Source: a virus. Taken from it: DNA of 64,000 bases. The notes beneath the pieces are model-generated. The model saw nothing but the letters and a program-made list of their open reading frames with translations. It searched no databases and was not told where the DNA came from. Shown here piece after piece: positions 17,351-25,977 of this stretch. Every line of letters starts with the position of its first letter. Positions within the stretch are counted from its first letter, which is position 1. The stretch spans positions 25,530-89,529 of IMG/VR virus record IMGVR_UViG_3300028177_000003; one strand, 5' to 3'. The position numbers and the translations under genes were made by a program.

Positions 17351-17908
17351 TCAGCGAGGCTCGTCATCGTCGTAGCACGACCCTTCATCGGAGTAGATGG
17401 TTGCCCCGTCCCGGGAGTAGTGCATGCCGAAGGTCCGGCCCCACATCCGGTCCACCGAGGAAGGACCGCGCCAGCCGCCAGGCCGCACGTTCGGGGCCCG
17501 CCCCCCACTGTAGACCTCGGTGTCGCCGTTCGGGTCTCGGGCGAACACGGCGTAGTTGTACACAGGGTAGCCGTTGGAGCGGTTCACGGAGCCGAGGATG
17601 CGCCAGCCCGTCCACGTGACTCCCGGCTCTACCTTGAGAAGCTCCACGAGCCAGGCAAGCACGTGCTCGTGCGAGGACGTGCGGAGGTATTCCTCCAGAC
17701 CCATGCGTTCGGGCAGGTGCTTCTTGTTGACAGCGCTGGAGTGCTCGTGGTCCCAGGACCAGACACGATCTGAGTCAGCCGAGTGCAGCTTCTCCTCGTC
17801 GGTGTACTCCAGGGGGAAGTTGCTCTGGGCGATGTACATGTAGTTGGCCTTGCCGAACGACCCCATGTTCCCGGGGCGGTAGGGCTCGGCGATCATCACG
17901 ATGGGCAT
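17351..17908 (-). CDS. hypothetical protein
   Basis: 185-aa ORF, GAGGAG RBS, strong GC3 bias. Confidence 0.7.
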   Translation of the reverse strand: MPIVMIAEPYRPGNMGSFGKANYMYIAQSNFPLEYTDEEKLHSADSDRVWSWDHEHSSAVNKKHLPERMGLEEYLRTSSHEHVLAWLVELLKVEPGVTWTGWRILGSVNRSNGYPVYNYAVFARDPNGDTEVYSGGRAPNVRPGGWRGPSSVDRMWGRTFGMHYSRDGATIYSDEGSCYDDDEPR

Positions 17909-17911
17909 GAG

Positions 17912-18382
17912 CTACTCCTCCTCTTCGTTTACAAGGGCGGGCAGGGTGTCCTTGACCATGCGCCAGAAACTGGGGCACTCCTTGGCAACCCACCCTCGGA
18001 AGTACGCCGAGGTCACCAGGCCCTGCCAGAACAGGTCGTAGACCATACGCTCGGCGGTGCTTCCGACGACCTCGTGCTTGCACAGAGCCCCGCACATGAC
18101 GATGCTGAAGTACTCAGGGAAGTCGGTGCCCTTCCCGTACTTGAAGTTCACGGTGGGGCTTCGCGGCCCGTCGACTCGGACCCGAATGAAGTTCTCGTCC
18201 AGGAGGATCAGAGTGTCCTCGGCTCGCAGGTAGAAGCTGCCCCAGGTCAGGTGGGGGTCCGTGTTAGGGACAAGCTTCCACCGACGCTTCTCGAGGATGG
18301 ACCCTGAAATCGAGCCCGGAGTGTCAGGCTCCGTCTTGACCTCAAGATTCGTCAGCCAGTGCTCGCGGTGTATGTCGCTCAT
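17912..18382 (-). CDS. hypothetical protein
   Basis: Start MSDIHR with AGGAG RBS. Confidence 0.65.
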   Translation of the reverse strand: MSDIHREHWLTNLEVKTEPDTPGSISGSILEKRRWKLVPNTDPHLTWGSFYLRAEDTLILLDENFIRVRVDGPRSPTVNFKYGKGTDFPEYFSIVMCGALCKHEVVGSTAERMVYDLFWQGLVTSAYFRGWVAKECPSFWRMVKDTLPALVNEEEE

Positions 18383-18403
18383 GGGGATTCTCCTACAGAA
18401 CAC

Positions 18404-18431
18404 TTACGTCGGTCCGGAGCCGAGGGAACCC
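18404..18431 (-). promoter_or_regulatory. Class A promoter-like motif
   Basis: Perfect consensus. Confidence 0.75.
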
Positions 18432-18438
18432 CCAGGGC

Positions 18439-18861
18439 TTAGTCCCTCTCCAGAAGAACGTCGACGGCCTCGCTGAGTCCGGGAAACAGGGGCTCGGGGA
18501 GGTCGCTCAAAGGGAACCACTCCCACTTCTCACACTTGTGGGGTTCCATGACCTTCGGAACACCCGCCCACTGGTAGTCGTGGGACACGTGGTAAAGGGT
18601 GACACCACGGGCTTCGATCTCGGGATGGTCCTCGGTCGTCCAGTGGAACTGCTGCGCCTTGTGGACTGTGAGGCCTGCTTCCTCGAGAGCCTCGCGCTGG
18701 CATGTCACCAGAGTGGACTGGTCAGGACGATCTATCCATCCGCCGGGGAAGGACCAGTGGCCCGCTCGGTGAGCCCCCTTCCGCTTCCCCAGGAGGATCT
18801 CGCGCTTCTCGTTCAGCACGATGAGGGCTACACCCACACCAACGTCGTTCGGTCTCGGCAT
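18439..18861 (-). CDS. Nudix hydrolase (MutT/NUDT15-like)
   Basis: VGVGV..LLGKRKG..WSFPGG..REALEEAG..MEPHKCEKWEWF. Confidence 0.92.
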   Translation of the reverse strand: MPRPNDVGVGVALIVLNEKREILLGKRKGAHRAGHWSFPGGWIDRPDQSTLVTCQREALEEAGLTVHKAQQFHWTTEDHPEIEARGVTLYHVSHDYQWAGVPKVMEPHKCEKWEWFPLSDLPEPLFPGLSEAVDVLLERD

Positions 18862-18911
18862 GGCAGCCTCCTGCAGGGATGTTACCTTCCTGCGGGTCTC
18901 CGAGCCTCTTC

Positions 18912-18926
18912 GGTAGGTTCCCTATG
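18912..18926 (+). promoter_or_regulatory. Class B (late-type) promoter-like motif
   Basis: GGTAG-N5-CTATG upstream of PLD/endolysin. Confidence 0.55.
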
Positions 18927-18940
18927 CCCGGGATCGAGTC

Positions 18941-19408
18941 ATGGGAAAACTCGTAAGTGCCTACTTCTCGCCGGATCGGGGTTGCGACGATGTCGTAATC
19001 GGGTTCATTGACCACTGCGATACTTTTCTGGACGTGGCGATCTATTCGCTGACGCACGACCCGATTGCGGACGCTTTCATCCGGGCGCACCAGCGCGGGT
19101 GCAAGGTTCGTGTCCTGATGGACAAGTCCCAGGCGGGGAACAGGTACGCTGACGACGAGAAGCTCGAGGCTGCCGGGATTGAAGTGCGCCGGGACCACCA
19201 GAAGGGGGTCATGCACAACAAGTTCCTCATCGGGCCCGCACGGAAGCGAGGCAAGGCAGTCCTCACGGGCTCGTACAACTTCACCAAGAACGCAACGTAC
19301 AGCAACACCGAGAACTTCGTGGTCCTCCGGTTGCAGTACATCGCGAATGAGTACCAGACTGAGTTCGACCGTCTCTGGGTGGCCGACGCCCCCCTGGAGA
19401 CCGACTGA
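18941..19408 (+). CDS. single-domain phospholipase D family nuclease (Nuc-like)
   Basis: YFSP, DVAIYSLT, MHNKF..TGSYNFT..N.EN. Confidence 0.9.
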   Translation: MGKLVSAYFSPDRGCDDVVIGFIDHCDTFLDVAIYSLTHDPIADAFIRAHQRGCKVRVLMDKSQAGNRYADDEKLEAAGIEVRRDHQKGVMHNKFLIGPARKRGKAVLTGSYNFTKNATYSNTENFVVLRLQYIANEYQTEFDRLWVADAPLETD

Positions 19409-19438
19409 ACACGGTGCTGCTAACATCCCATCCGACAG

Positions 19439-20281
19439 GTGACTAACATGGCACGACCCACCATTCGCAAGGGCAGTAAGGGACAAGACGTCACCGACTG
19501 CCAGAACCTCCTTCTCAAGCACGGCCACGCCCTGGGCAAGTACGGGGCTGACGGCGACTTCGGCAGCAGCACGCACAATGCTGTCATGCAGTTCCAGGCC
19601 TCCCGGAACCTCAGTGCGGACGGCATCGTCGGCAAGAACACCTGGAAGCAACTCGAAGGCTCGTCCAACTCGAAGGCTCAGGACATCGGCGACGACGCTG
19701 GGGTCTCTTCTGCGAAGGAGAAGCTCGCAGCCAAGATCCCTGCAGGGATCGGCGAGCAGCGCACCAAGGCTCTGAAGCACGCAGTCTCCTTCCTGGGCGC
19801 GGACGAGATCCCGGACGGCTCCAACTGGGGTGCTGAGATTCAGCCCGTGGTCGAGGGCTACAACGAGTTCTGGGGTGTGAGCACCGCGCAGTACGGACGC
19901 ATGGCCTGGTGTGCGATGTTCTGCTCCACCTGCATCGCCGTGGGGAGCGGCGGGGGCACTCTGTCCAAGGACATGGACTGGACCAAGGCTCCTATGAAGA
20001 AGTTCTTCGGAGGCGCCAGCCAGTACGAAGACTGGGGCAAGAAGAACGGCATGTGGGTGGAAGAGACCCAGGCTGCTCCCGCAGGCTCCGTCTTCAGCAT
20101 GGCTCGCGGCGGGTCAAACTCCGACCCCGCGCAGACCGCGAAGGCCGGTCACGTCGGGATGGTCGTCTGCGACAACGGCAACGGGACGGTCACGACCATC
20201 GAGGGGAACGTCAGCAACGGCTGCCGCTCCTACACCCGCAAGAAGGCGGACCTCCACGGCTTCATCCAGTGGTGGAAGTAA
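19439..20281 (+). CDS. endolysin: peptidoglycan-binding domain plus CHAP domain
   Basis: ADGDFG..FQ..L.ADGIVG..TW PG-binding; AWCAMF, GHVGMV, TIEGN CHAP motifs. Confidence 0.92.
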   Translation: MTNMARPTIRKGSKGQDVTDCQNLLLKHGHALGKYGADGDFGSSTHNAVMQFQASRNLSADGIVGKNTWKQLEGSSNSKAQDIGDDAGVSSAKEKLAAKIPAGIGEQRTKALKHAVSFLGADEIPDGSNWGAEIQPVVEGYNEFWGVSTAQYGRMAWCAMFCSTCIAVGSGGGTLSKDMDWTKAPMKKFFGGASQYEDWGKKNGMWVEETQAAPAGSVFSMARGGSNSDPAQTAKAGHVGMVVCDNGNGTVTTIEGNVSNGCRSYTRKKADLHGFIQWWK

Positions 20282-20329
20282 ATAGTCCTGCTATCCCACG
20301 GTAGAGCTACCTTCTACGGAGTCTCCCCG

Positions 20330-20716
20330 ATGCCCAAGTCTCTCACTGCTTCAGATCGTTCCTCTCTCATCAAGCTGGCCCACTCCCTGGAGAAGGGGAG
20401 CGAGGAGAGGAAGGCGATCCTGGCTGGGCTCAAGAAGCTCGGAGGGGCCGGATCCTACCCTGAGTGGAATAGCGATCGGGAACGGTGGGACAAACGTGGG
20501 TGGAAGCTGGTCTGGGAATCGGAAGACCTTGCGTGGATGCAACGCGGGGTTTTGATCATCTACAACCAGATGGGTTGGAGTCCCCGAGTATGGGAATACC
20601 ACCAGCCGGTGTCTGGGAATGCCCAGGCTGTTAAGATTGTAGAGGACGCTCTTGAAAAGGCCCGGTGGAATACTGAAAAGTTGGATCCCTCGGAGTGGGA
20701 ACAAGTTCTGTTCTGA
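20330..20716 (+). CDS. shared-leader family protein, copy 1
   Basis: 36-aa leader MPKSLTASDRSSLIKLAHSLEKGSEERKAILAGLKK then unique region; AATAG-N5-CTATC at 20281. Confidence 0.8.
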   Translation: MPKSLTASDRSSLIKLAHSLEKGSEERKAILAGLKKLGGAGSYPEWNSDRERWDKRGWKLVWESEDLAWMQRGVLIIYNQMGWSPRVWEYHQPVSGNAQAVKIVEDALEKARWNTEKLDPSEWEQVLF

Positions 20717-20718
20717 GC

Positions 20719-20907
20719 TTACGGCTCCAACGAGCCCTCGGCAGCCGGGGGCTCCCAAGCGCCCCTGTAGGCTCCCTCGTCCAGGACGGCAGGCTTCGTC
20801 TTGCCGCACTTGTAGCAAGAGCTGGTGTAGTAGTTCCCCTGCACCTTCGTCTTGAGCTTCTTCTTGCCTCCGCAAGAGTAGCAGTCAGATTTGAAGATGT
20901 AGGTCAC
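20719..20907 (-). CDS. zinc-ribbon small protein
   Basis: CYSC..CYKC; GGAGG RBS; class A motif upstream. Confidence 0.7.
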   Translation of the reverse strand: MTYIFKSDCYSCGGKKKLKTKVQGNYYTSSCYKCGKTKPAVLDEGAYRGAWEPPAAEGSLEP

Positions 20908-20923
20908 GCCTCCTCCGTAGGTG

Positions 20924-20951
20924 TTACGTCCGAAGGTGGCGCGAGGAAGCT
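20924..20951 (-). promoter_or_regulatory. Class A promoter-like motif
   Basis: AGCTTCCT-N13-GACGTAA. Confidence 0.6.
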
Positions 20952-20988
20952 ACCTCCCCGGTAGGTCTGCCTTCTACGGAGTCTCCTC

Positions 20989-21381
20989 ATGTCCAAGTCT
21001 CTCACTGCCTCAGATCGCTCTGCCCTCATCAAGCTGGCCCACTCCTTGGAGAAGGGCTCGGACGAGAGGAAGGCGATCCTGGCTGGCTTGAAGAAGGCTT
21101 CGTTTGCAGCCACCCGACCCCCTACTTCCGAGGAGATGGAGGACCTTGGACCCAAGGCTCGCCGCGCTCTGGAAAGCTATCTGGGACGCAACTTCCGGAT
21201 CACGAACGATCCGCGAAACGCCGATCAGGTTGACTTCGTTGAGGACAACCCCAGGGCTCCCGGCTCCTTCAAGGAAGATGGGGTGGTGTGGACCTTCGGC
21301 AGCGACATGGATTCAGGTAAGAGCGCAGTCCAGGCTGAGTCCAAGGTCGGATACGGCACCTGGTACTTCCTGGAGCGGTAG
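20989..21381 (+). CDS. shared-leader family protein, copy 2
   Basis: Leader MSKSLTASDRSALIKLAHSLEKGSDERKAILAGLKKA then unique region. Confidence 0.8.
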   Translation: MSKSLTASDRSALIKLAHSLEKGSDERKAILAGLKKASFAATRPPTSEEMEDLGPKARRALESYLGRNFRITNDPRNADQVDFVEDNPRAPGSFKEDGVVWTFGSDMDSGKSAVQAESKVGYGTWYFLER

Positions 21382-21382
21382 T

Positions 21383-22070
21383 CTACGCCCACAAAGCGTC
21401 TACACCGCCTCGCAGGTAGCTCTTCGCTGAGGTCTTCTTCCCGGTGACGTGGTCTACGACCTGACCCGCTTGTAGACGGATTGTGCGACGCTTGTCTGCA
21501 CGCTGTCCGCTACCCACCTGGCCCTTTCGCTTCTTGTTGTGGGCCTTGCTCCGTTTCTGAGCCTCGGCCTCCTGCAAACGGATGCGAAGTAGCGTAAGAG
21601 CCGACTCCCGGTTCTGGTTCTGGGAGCGCTCCGACTCGACGCGGATCATGATGCCGCTCGGTTTGTGTGTTAGCTGCACTGCCGAGTCGGTTGTGTTCCG
21701 GTGTTGCCCTCCCGCACCCGAGCCCCGACAGGTCTTCACCTCGAGGTCCTTCGAGTGAATACGCACCTCAGACTCCGCAGGCTCCTGCAACACAGCCACC
21801 GTGATAGTGGAGGTGTGAACACGACCGCGTTTCTCGGTAGGAGGCACCCGTTGCCAGCGGTGCCCTCCGGCTTCATGTCGAAATGCCCGCGCAGCGTCCT
21901 TGCCTGTAACCTTGAAGGCGAGGTAGCCGGGGCGGTCGTCTAAGACCTGGAGAGAGAAGTCAAAGGGACCCCCGAGCCTCGAACTTGCGGTACACGTTGA
22001 ACTGCTCGTAGACGAGCTGCTTTGCGTCCTGACCGCCTTCGGCGGCTCGGATTTCGACAATAGTGGTCAT
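21383..22070 (-). CDS. class I peptide chain release factor homolog, expressed via +1 frameshift (about 228 aa)
   Basis: Frame 0: MTTIVEIRAAEGG..RGSL-stop(21960). +1 frame: DFSLQ..EAGGHRWQRVPPTE..GRVHTST..GAGGQHRNTTDSAV..RSQ.QN. Confidence 0.88.
21959..21974 (-). promoter_or_regulatory. prfB-type programmed +1 frameshift site
   Basis: CGGGGG TCC CTT TGA C versus E. coli prfB AGGGGG TAT CTT TGA C. Confidence 0.85.
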
Positions 22071-22128
22071 TAGAGCACCTGTTGCTCGAGTTGCCGGGGC
22101 GAAGACTAAGGAGGGTGGCTGGACCCCT

Positions 22129-22311
22129 TTAGTTGTTTTCCTCTGAGTTCGGACCCCCAAGACGCAAAGCCCTGAAGAGAAGTTCCCAGAGCTCGGCTGG
22201 GATAGGTTCCCCTCGGGCAACGCGGCCCAGGACGTAGATCAGAGTCTCTCTACCAGCAGGGAGGTTGAGATTCCTCTTCTCAACCCAGTCTGCCACAGAA
22301 GAAGCCTGCAT
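22129..22311 (-). CDS. hypothetical protein
   Basis: 60-aa ORF, GGAGG RBS. Confidence 0.5.
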   Translation of the reverse strand: MQASSVADWVEKRNLNLPAGRETLIYVLGRVARGEPIPAELWELLFRALRLGGPNSEENN

Positions 22312-22412
22312 GCGGCACCTCCGCCCCTATGATAAGGCGGAAACCCTACAGAGTAAACTCTTCCCCGACTTTTATTTCGGGCGGGCTTTTCCGACCGCGA
22401 CTATCGGGAGTA

Positions 22413-22613
22413 TTACTCCCGGTCAGCTTCAGCAGCCTTCCGCTCAGTGATGACCTGGGCGCGAAGTGTCTTCAACGCCTCCTGCGCAGCGGTTGCCGCC
22501 TTCCGAACACGGGTGCCCGGAGCCCCAACCTTGCCCTTGTCGCACTTCTCTGCGTCGGCGCGAGCCTCGGTGAGCTGGGCGATGATGGAGTCCAGGGATT
22601 CTGAGATTGACAT
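22413..22613 (-). CDS. histone H1-like (Hc1 family) nucleoid protein
   Basis: DAEK.DKG....GTRVRKA....LKTLR.QV pattern. Confidence 0.65.
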   Translation of the reverse strand: MSISESLDSIIAQLTEARADAEKCDKGKVGAPGTRVRKAATAAQEALKTLRAQVITERKAAEADRE

Positions 22614-22620
22614 GGGTTCC

Positions 22621-22911
22621 TCATGATTCGCCCGCTGAATCGCGGGCCGCGATGTGTTTGATGGCTTCGGCTATCTGGTCTTGGGTTTCAAGAAGCTCCC
22701 GAAGCCCCATAGAACGAATACCCGAGAAGACCCTTTCGCTAAACACCAGGACGAAAGTTTTGCTGTCCCCGGTGAACTCGCCGAGAGAGTTCACTACTGC
22801 CCGAATGTCGCTATCGCGGGCCGAGTCCTTGACAGTGATAACCATCAGGTCTCCCTGAACCAGCCGCTGCTTGAGAGTGTCTACTATGATAGACGGATTC
22901 CGGTCTGGCAT
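22621..22911 (-). CDS. hypothetical protein
   Basis: 96-aa ORF. Confidence 0.6.
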   Translation of the reverse strand: MPDRNPSIIVDTLKQRLVQGDLMVITVKDSARDSDIRAVVNSLGEFTGDSKTFVLVFSERVFSGIRSMGLRELLETQDQIAEAIKHIAARDSAGES

Positions 22912-23660
22912 GAACGGGCCTTCTTGAATGCGTGACGCAGCGCCTTCCGGTCTCGGTAGTCCGAGATCATGCCTGCGGCCAGAAGTTCCTCCTGCATGAG
23001 CATGAGGTACTTGAACGAGACGCCGTCTGGGGCTTCAACTGGGATGTCACCCCTGGCCGACACCGCTGTGTCGCGATTGGTGATGTCGTCGGGCGCTGCC
23101 GCGAACTGGGTGATCTGGGTCTCCAGGTAGAAGCCCTTCTCGGGATGCGGAAAGGCCATCACTGGGCAGTCCACGTGTGTAACCATAGCCAGCGACTGCT
23201 GGGAGAGATGCCTGGAGAACTCAGCCAGGTCTGCGTTGATGGTGTCCTGGAGTTCCCCTGCAGCCATGTAGAAGGCGATGTGCGGATCCTCTCCTGGGGC
23301 TACCGGGCAGTTCACCTGGTAGGTGTATGCCTGTCCTGTAGGGCACCAGGTGTCGTCGGGAGGGGGAGCACTCACCACTACCTCGTCCCGTCTAAGGTAG
23401 GGGGCTGGACGCCGACCCCTTCGAGGGTTGCGCAAGTGAAGGACAGAGACCGTGTCCCCACTAACCCTTGATGCCTCCACCTTGCTTAGAAAGCTGGCGC
23501 GACCCTGACTCGCCAGTCGAGCCCCCGTGCCCGGAGCGAACACGTAGTGCTCGGGGCCGAAGAGACTCACGTCTGAAGTGAACAACCCGGAAGGGTTCAC
23601 CGCAGCGACCGCTCCCCCGATGCCCAGTAGCTGAAGAAAGCCTCTTCGGGTGGTGTCCAT
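22884..23660 (-). CDS. protein with twin-arginine (Tat)-like signal
   Basis: MDTTRRGFLQLLGIGGAVAA; AAGGAG RBS. Confidence 0.6.
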   Translation of the reverse strand: MDTTRRGFLQLLGIGGAVAAVNPSGLFTSDVSLFGPEHYVFAPGTGARLASQGRASFLSKVEASRVSGDTVSVLHLRNPRRGRRPAPYLRRDEVVVSAPPPDDTWCPTGQAYTYQVNCPVAPGEDPHIAFYMAAGELQDTINADLAEFSRHLSQQSLAMVTHVDCPVMAFPHPEKGFYLETQITQFAAAPDDITNRDTAVSARGDIPVEAPDGVSFKYLMLMQEELLAAGMISDYRDRKALRHAFKKARSCQTGIRLS

Positions 23661-23684
23661 TTTCTCTCCTTCCACCACTCTACC

Positions 23685-23900
23685 CTACCGGGCGGGGTTC
23701 GGGTCCTTCCGGATGTCTGCGGCGTAGCGGAGACACGCCTTTCCGAGCTTCTCCAGCTCGGCGGCGGTCATGCAGTTGTCCTTCCCTCGGACGGTCAACA
23801 GTGCAGTGCGGGGATACTCGTCGCTCTGGGAACGGGAACACAATGTCAGCATGAGACTGCCTTCCCCCTCCGCGAAGTCAATCGACAGGTTCTTCGCCAT
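23685..23900 (-). CDS. hypothetical protein
   Basis: Start MAKNLS. Confidence 0.55.
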   Translation of the reverse strand: MAKNLSIDFAEGEGSLMLTLCSRSQSDEYPRTALLTVRGKDNCMTAAELEKLGKACLRYAADIRKDPNPAR

Positions 23901-24741
23901 CGGCCTTCTCCCCGTGGTTGTGCAGGTCGTCCTCGACACGCACCAGGTTGTCCATGTGGGCCAGCCGTGCCAGGTCGTTGGCCAGGGCGCGCACGTGCAA
24001 GATCATGTGCTGCATCTCATGGTAGGTCTCGGGAGGTCGCAAGGACTTGTTGTCCTCGCCGCGACGCATCTTCTCCAGATCGCGTACAGCCAGGTTGAAG
24101 GCGAAGGTCTCCTTCCCCCAGAGAGCCTCCATGTACGCAACCTGCTCATCCTGGAACTCTTCCTCCGTCCGAATGCGGTGGGCGTCCAGGGACACGATCT
24201 TGTTGCTTGCGTCGGGCAACGGGGCGTCCGGTACGCCCCCCTTGTGCATCTTCTCGTAGAGATCGGGGAGAAGGATGGACACTGCAGTGAGAAGCGAGGA
24301 CTGAGCTTCAGCCAGTCTTCCCAGGTCCACGGCCACGGGGGCCCCGAAGGGCTCGCTGCCTTCGGTGTCCGGGATGTCGTCGGACGGGGTGTCGTAGCGT
24401 CGGCTCCACATCTCAGTGAGGGCGCAAAACGCTCGGGTCAGGTTCTCCCGCAGTCGGGTGTTGCTGTCCGCATCCCGGGCTGTATGTAGAGCGGAGGCCA
24501 GAGCACATCCTTGCCGATGTCCTACATCATCCTTGGTGTCCTCGTGCACATTGAGTTCAAGGTATCCCGAGAACTTGTCCCCTACCGCCACGGTCTCAGG
24601 ACATTCCTTGAGCCCCTTGCATCGGGGGCAGGCAGGAAGGTGAGCCCCTGGGTCGGTGTCCGTGTCTTCCAGGTAGACCTCGGCGGACCCGCTCCACTCC
24701 AGACCTTCCAGCAGTTCAACAATAGAGGTAGCGTCCATCAT
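23878..24741 (-). CDS. hypothetical protein
   Basis: 287-aa ORF; LEWSG..CPRC..H..GC.LA N-terminal motif. Confidence 0.65.
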   Translation of the reverse strand: MMDATSIVELLEGLEWSGSAEVYLEDTDTDPGAHLPACPRCKGLKECPETVAVGDKFSGYLELNVHEDTKDDVGHRQGCALASALHTARDADSNTRLRENLTRAFCALTEMWSRRYDTPSDDIPDTEGSEPFGAPVAVDLGRLAEAQSSLLTAVSILLPDLYEKMHKGGVPDAPLPDASNKIVSLDAHRIRTEEEFQDEQVAYMEALWGKETFAFNLAVRDLEKMRRGEDNKSLRPPETYHEMQHMILHVRALANDLARLAHMDNLVRVEDDLHNHGEKADGEEPVD

Positions 24742-25049
24742 AGGTTTCCTCGGAAGTCGTCCGGCAAAGGTGCTCGGGACAAGATGTCTCCGTCGCTGTT
24801 CGTAATCACGGCAACGTTGACCTTCGCCGCGTAAGCTCGGGAAGCGAACACATTCACTCCGTCCAGGATGGTCTCCCGAACGAAGATCAACTCAGGCAAG
24901 CCCGAGTATTCGCGGAGAGCCTCTTCAGTTGCGTCCAGCCCGTAGTGCTTCCTGCCCATGGAGTGAACCCCCTTGGTGGTGCGGTACAGCCAGAGACTAC
25001 CGTGCAGGCTCTGGTCAACGCCCTCTCCGAAGAAGTCGAGTGTGCTCAC
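24738..25049 (-). CDS. hypothetical protein
   Basis: 103-aa ORF, coupled overlaps. Confidence 0.6.
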   Translation of the reverse strand: MSTLDFFGEGVDQSLHGSLWLYRTTKGVHSMGRKHYGLDATEEALREYSGLPELIFVRETILDGVNVFASRAYAAKVNVAVITNSDGDILSRAPLPDDFRGNL

Positions 25050-25351
25050 TTCTTGCTGAAGACGAAGTACGCCTTGTAGGATTCGTTGTACCCAGGCTTG
25101 TCGTACTGGACCTTCCAGCCCAGCTCGCGGTAGAAGTCCTCCACGTCCATATAGTGAAGGGAGTAGACCGCCTCGCGAGAGATTCCCAGGGCAGCGGCGA
25201 CGCGGGAAACCGCTTCGTTCTGCACAACCCGGGAACTGGAACCGCTCCAGTTCTCCGCAATCATTGCGTTGAAGACCCCTATGACCTCATCAGGGAGGTT
25301 GAGAACCTTCTCGCGGACTACCGTGTAGGGGGTGATGCCTTTGACTGACAT
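25046..25351 (-). CDS. hypothetical phage protein
   Basis: 101-aa ORF, GGAGG RBS. Confidence 0.65.
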   Translation of the reverse strand: MSVKGITPYTVVREKVLNLPDEVIGVFNAMIAENWSGSSSRVVQNEAVSRVAAALGISREAVYSLHYMDVEDFYRELGWKVQYDKPGYNESYKAYFVFSKK

Positions 25352-25395
25352 GGGAGCCTCCGAGAGGCTCTACCGCGACAGGCCTTCGCTGCCCC

Positions 25396-25977
25396 CTACT
25401 CCCCGTTGTTCTTGGTAGCCCTGGCTGCCTTCTGCGCTGTGTCCCGACGAGCGATCGCCTCCCCGGTTCGAACGATGCGCAGAGCCTCCTTGTCGTCGCT
25501 CTTCATCTTGGTGTTGCCCAGGTGTGTGAAGTCCCCTGTGTCCCGGTCAATCCATCTGGATGTGAGACCAATGGCCCCAGGCTTGAGCTCCTTCACCAGC
25601 TTCGGATCCATGGCTCGGATTGCGATGTGCCAGACCATGGAGAGGGATGTGCCTGCTCCTACAGCGAGAGGCTTCTGGTCGTACTCCGTAGACTGACGCT
25701 CCTTAAACAGGAGAATACCGGAGCCAGTCCGAAGTTCCAGATCGAAGTAGTGAACCGGCACCGGGATCGCAGGCCGATTGAATGTGATTTGAAGGGGGAT
25801 CGTGACGCGCAGGTCTCCGAAGGTGGCAAGGGGCTCGCGAATCACTCCCCAGCCAATGATGTGCACGTCCAGATCGCGGGCGGCGACCAGTCTCGACACT
25901 ACCTCCTGCTCGTCCTCTGACATCGGGGTGTAGCCCCCGCGAGGGTTGCCGCCGCCGAAACGATTCTTGTCTTTCAC
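25396..25977 (-). CDS. hypothetical protein
   Basis: GTG start VKDKNR with GGAG RBS, overlaps upstream stop. Confidence 0.65.
   Translation of the reverse strand: MKDKNRFGGGNPRGGYTPMSEDEQEVVSRLVAARDLDVHIIGWGVIREPLATFGDLRVTIPLQITFNRPAIPVPVHYFDLELRTGSGILLFKERQSTEYDQKPLAVGAGTSLSMVWHIAIRAMDPKLVKELKPGAIGLTSRWIDRDTGDFTHLGNTKMKSDDKEALRIVRTGEAIARRDTAQKAARATKNNGE

Noticed and set aside
20300-21100. Leader repeats as DGR template/variable repeats or IS ends
   Set aside because: Differences are not adenine-specific, and no reverse transcriptase, transposase or terminal inverted repeats are visible
21383-22070. Calling the release factor prfH or prfB
   Set aside because: No adjacent rtcB, no SPF motif, PxT-type loop and no domain 1; symbol withheld
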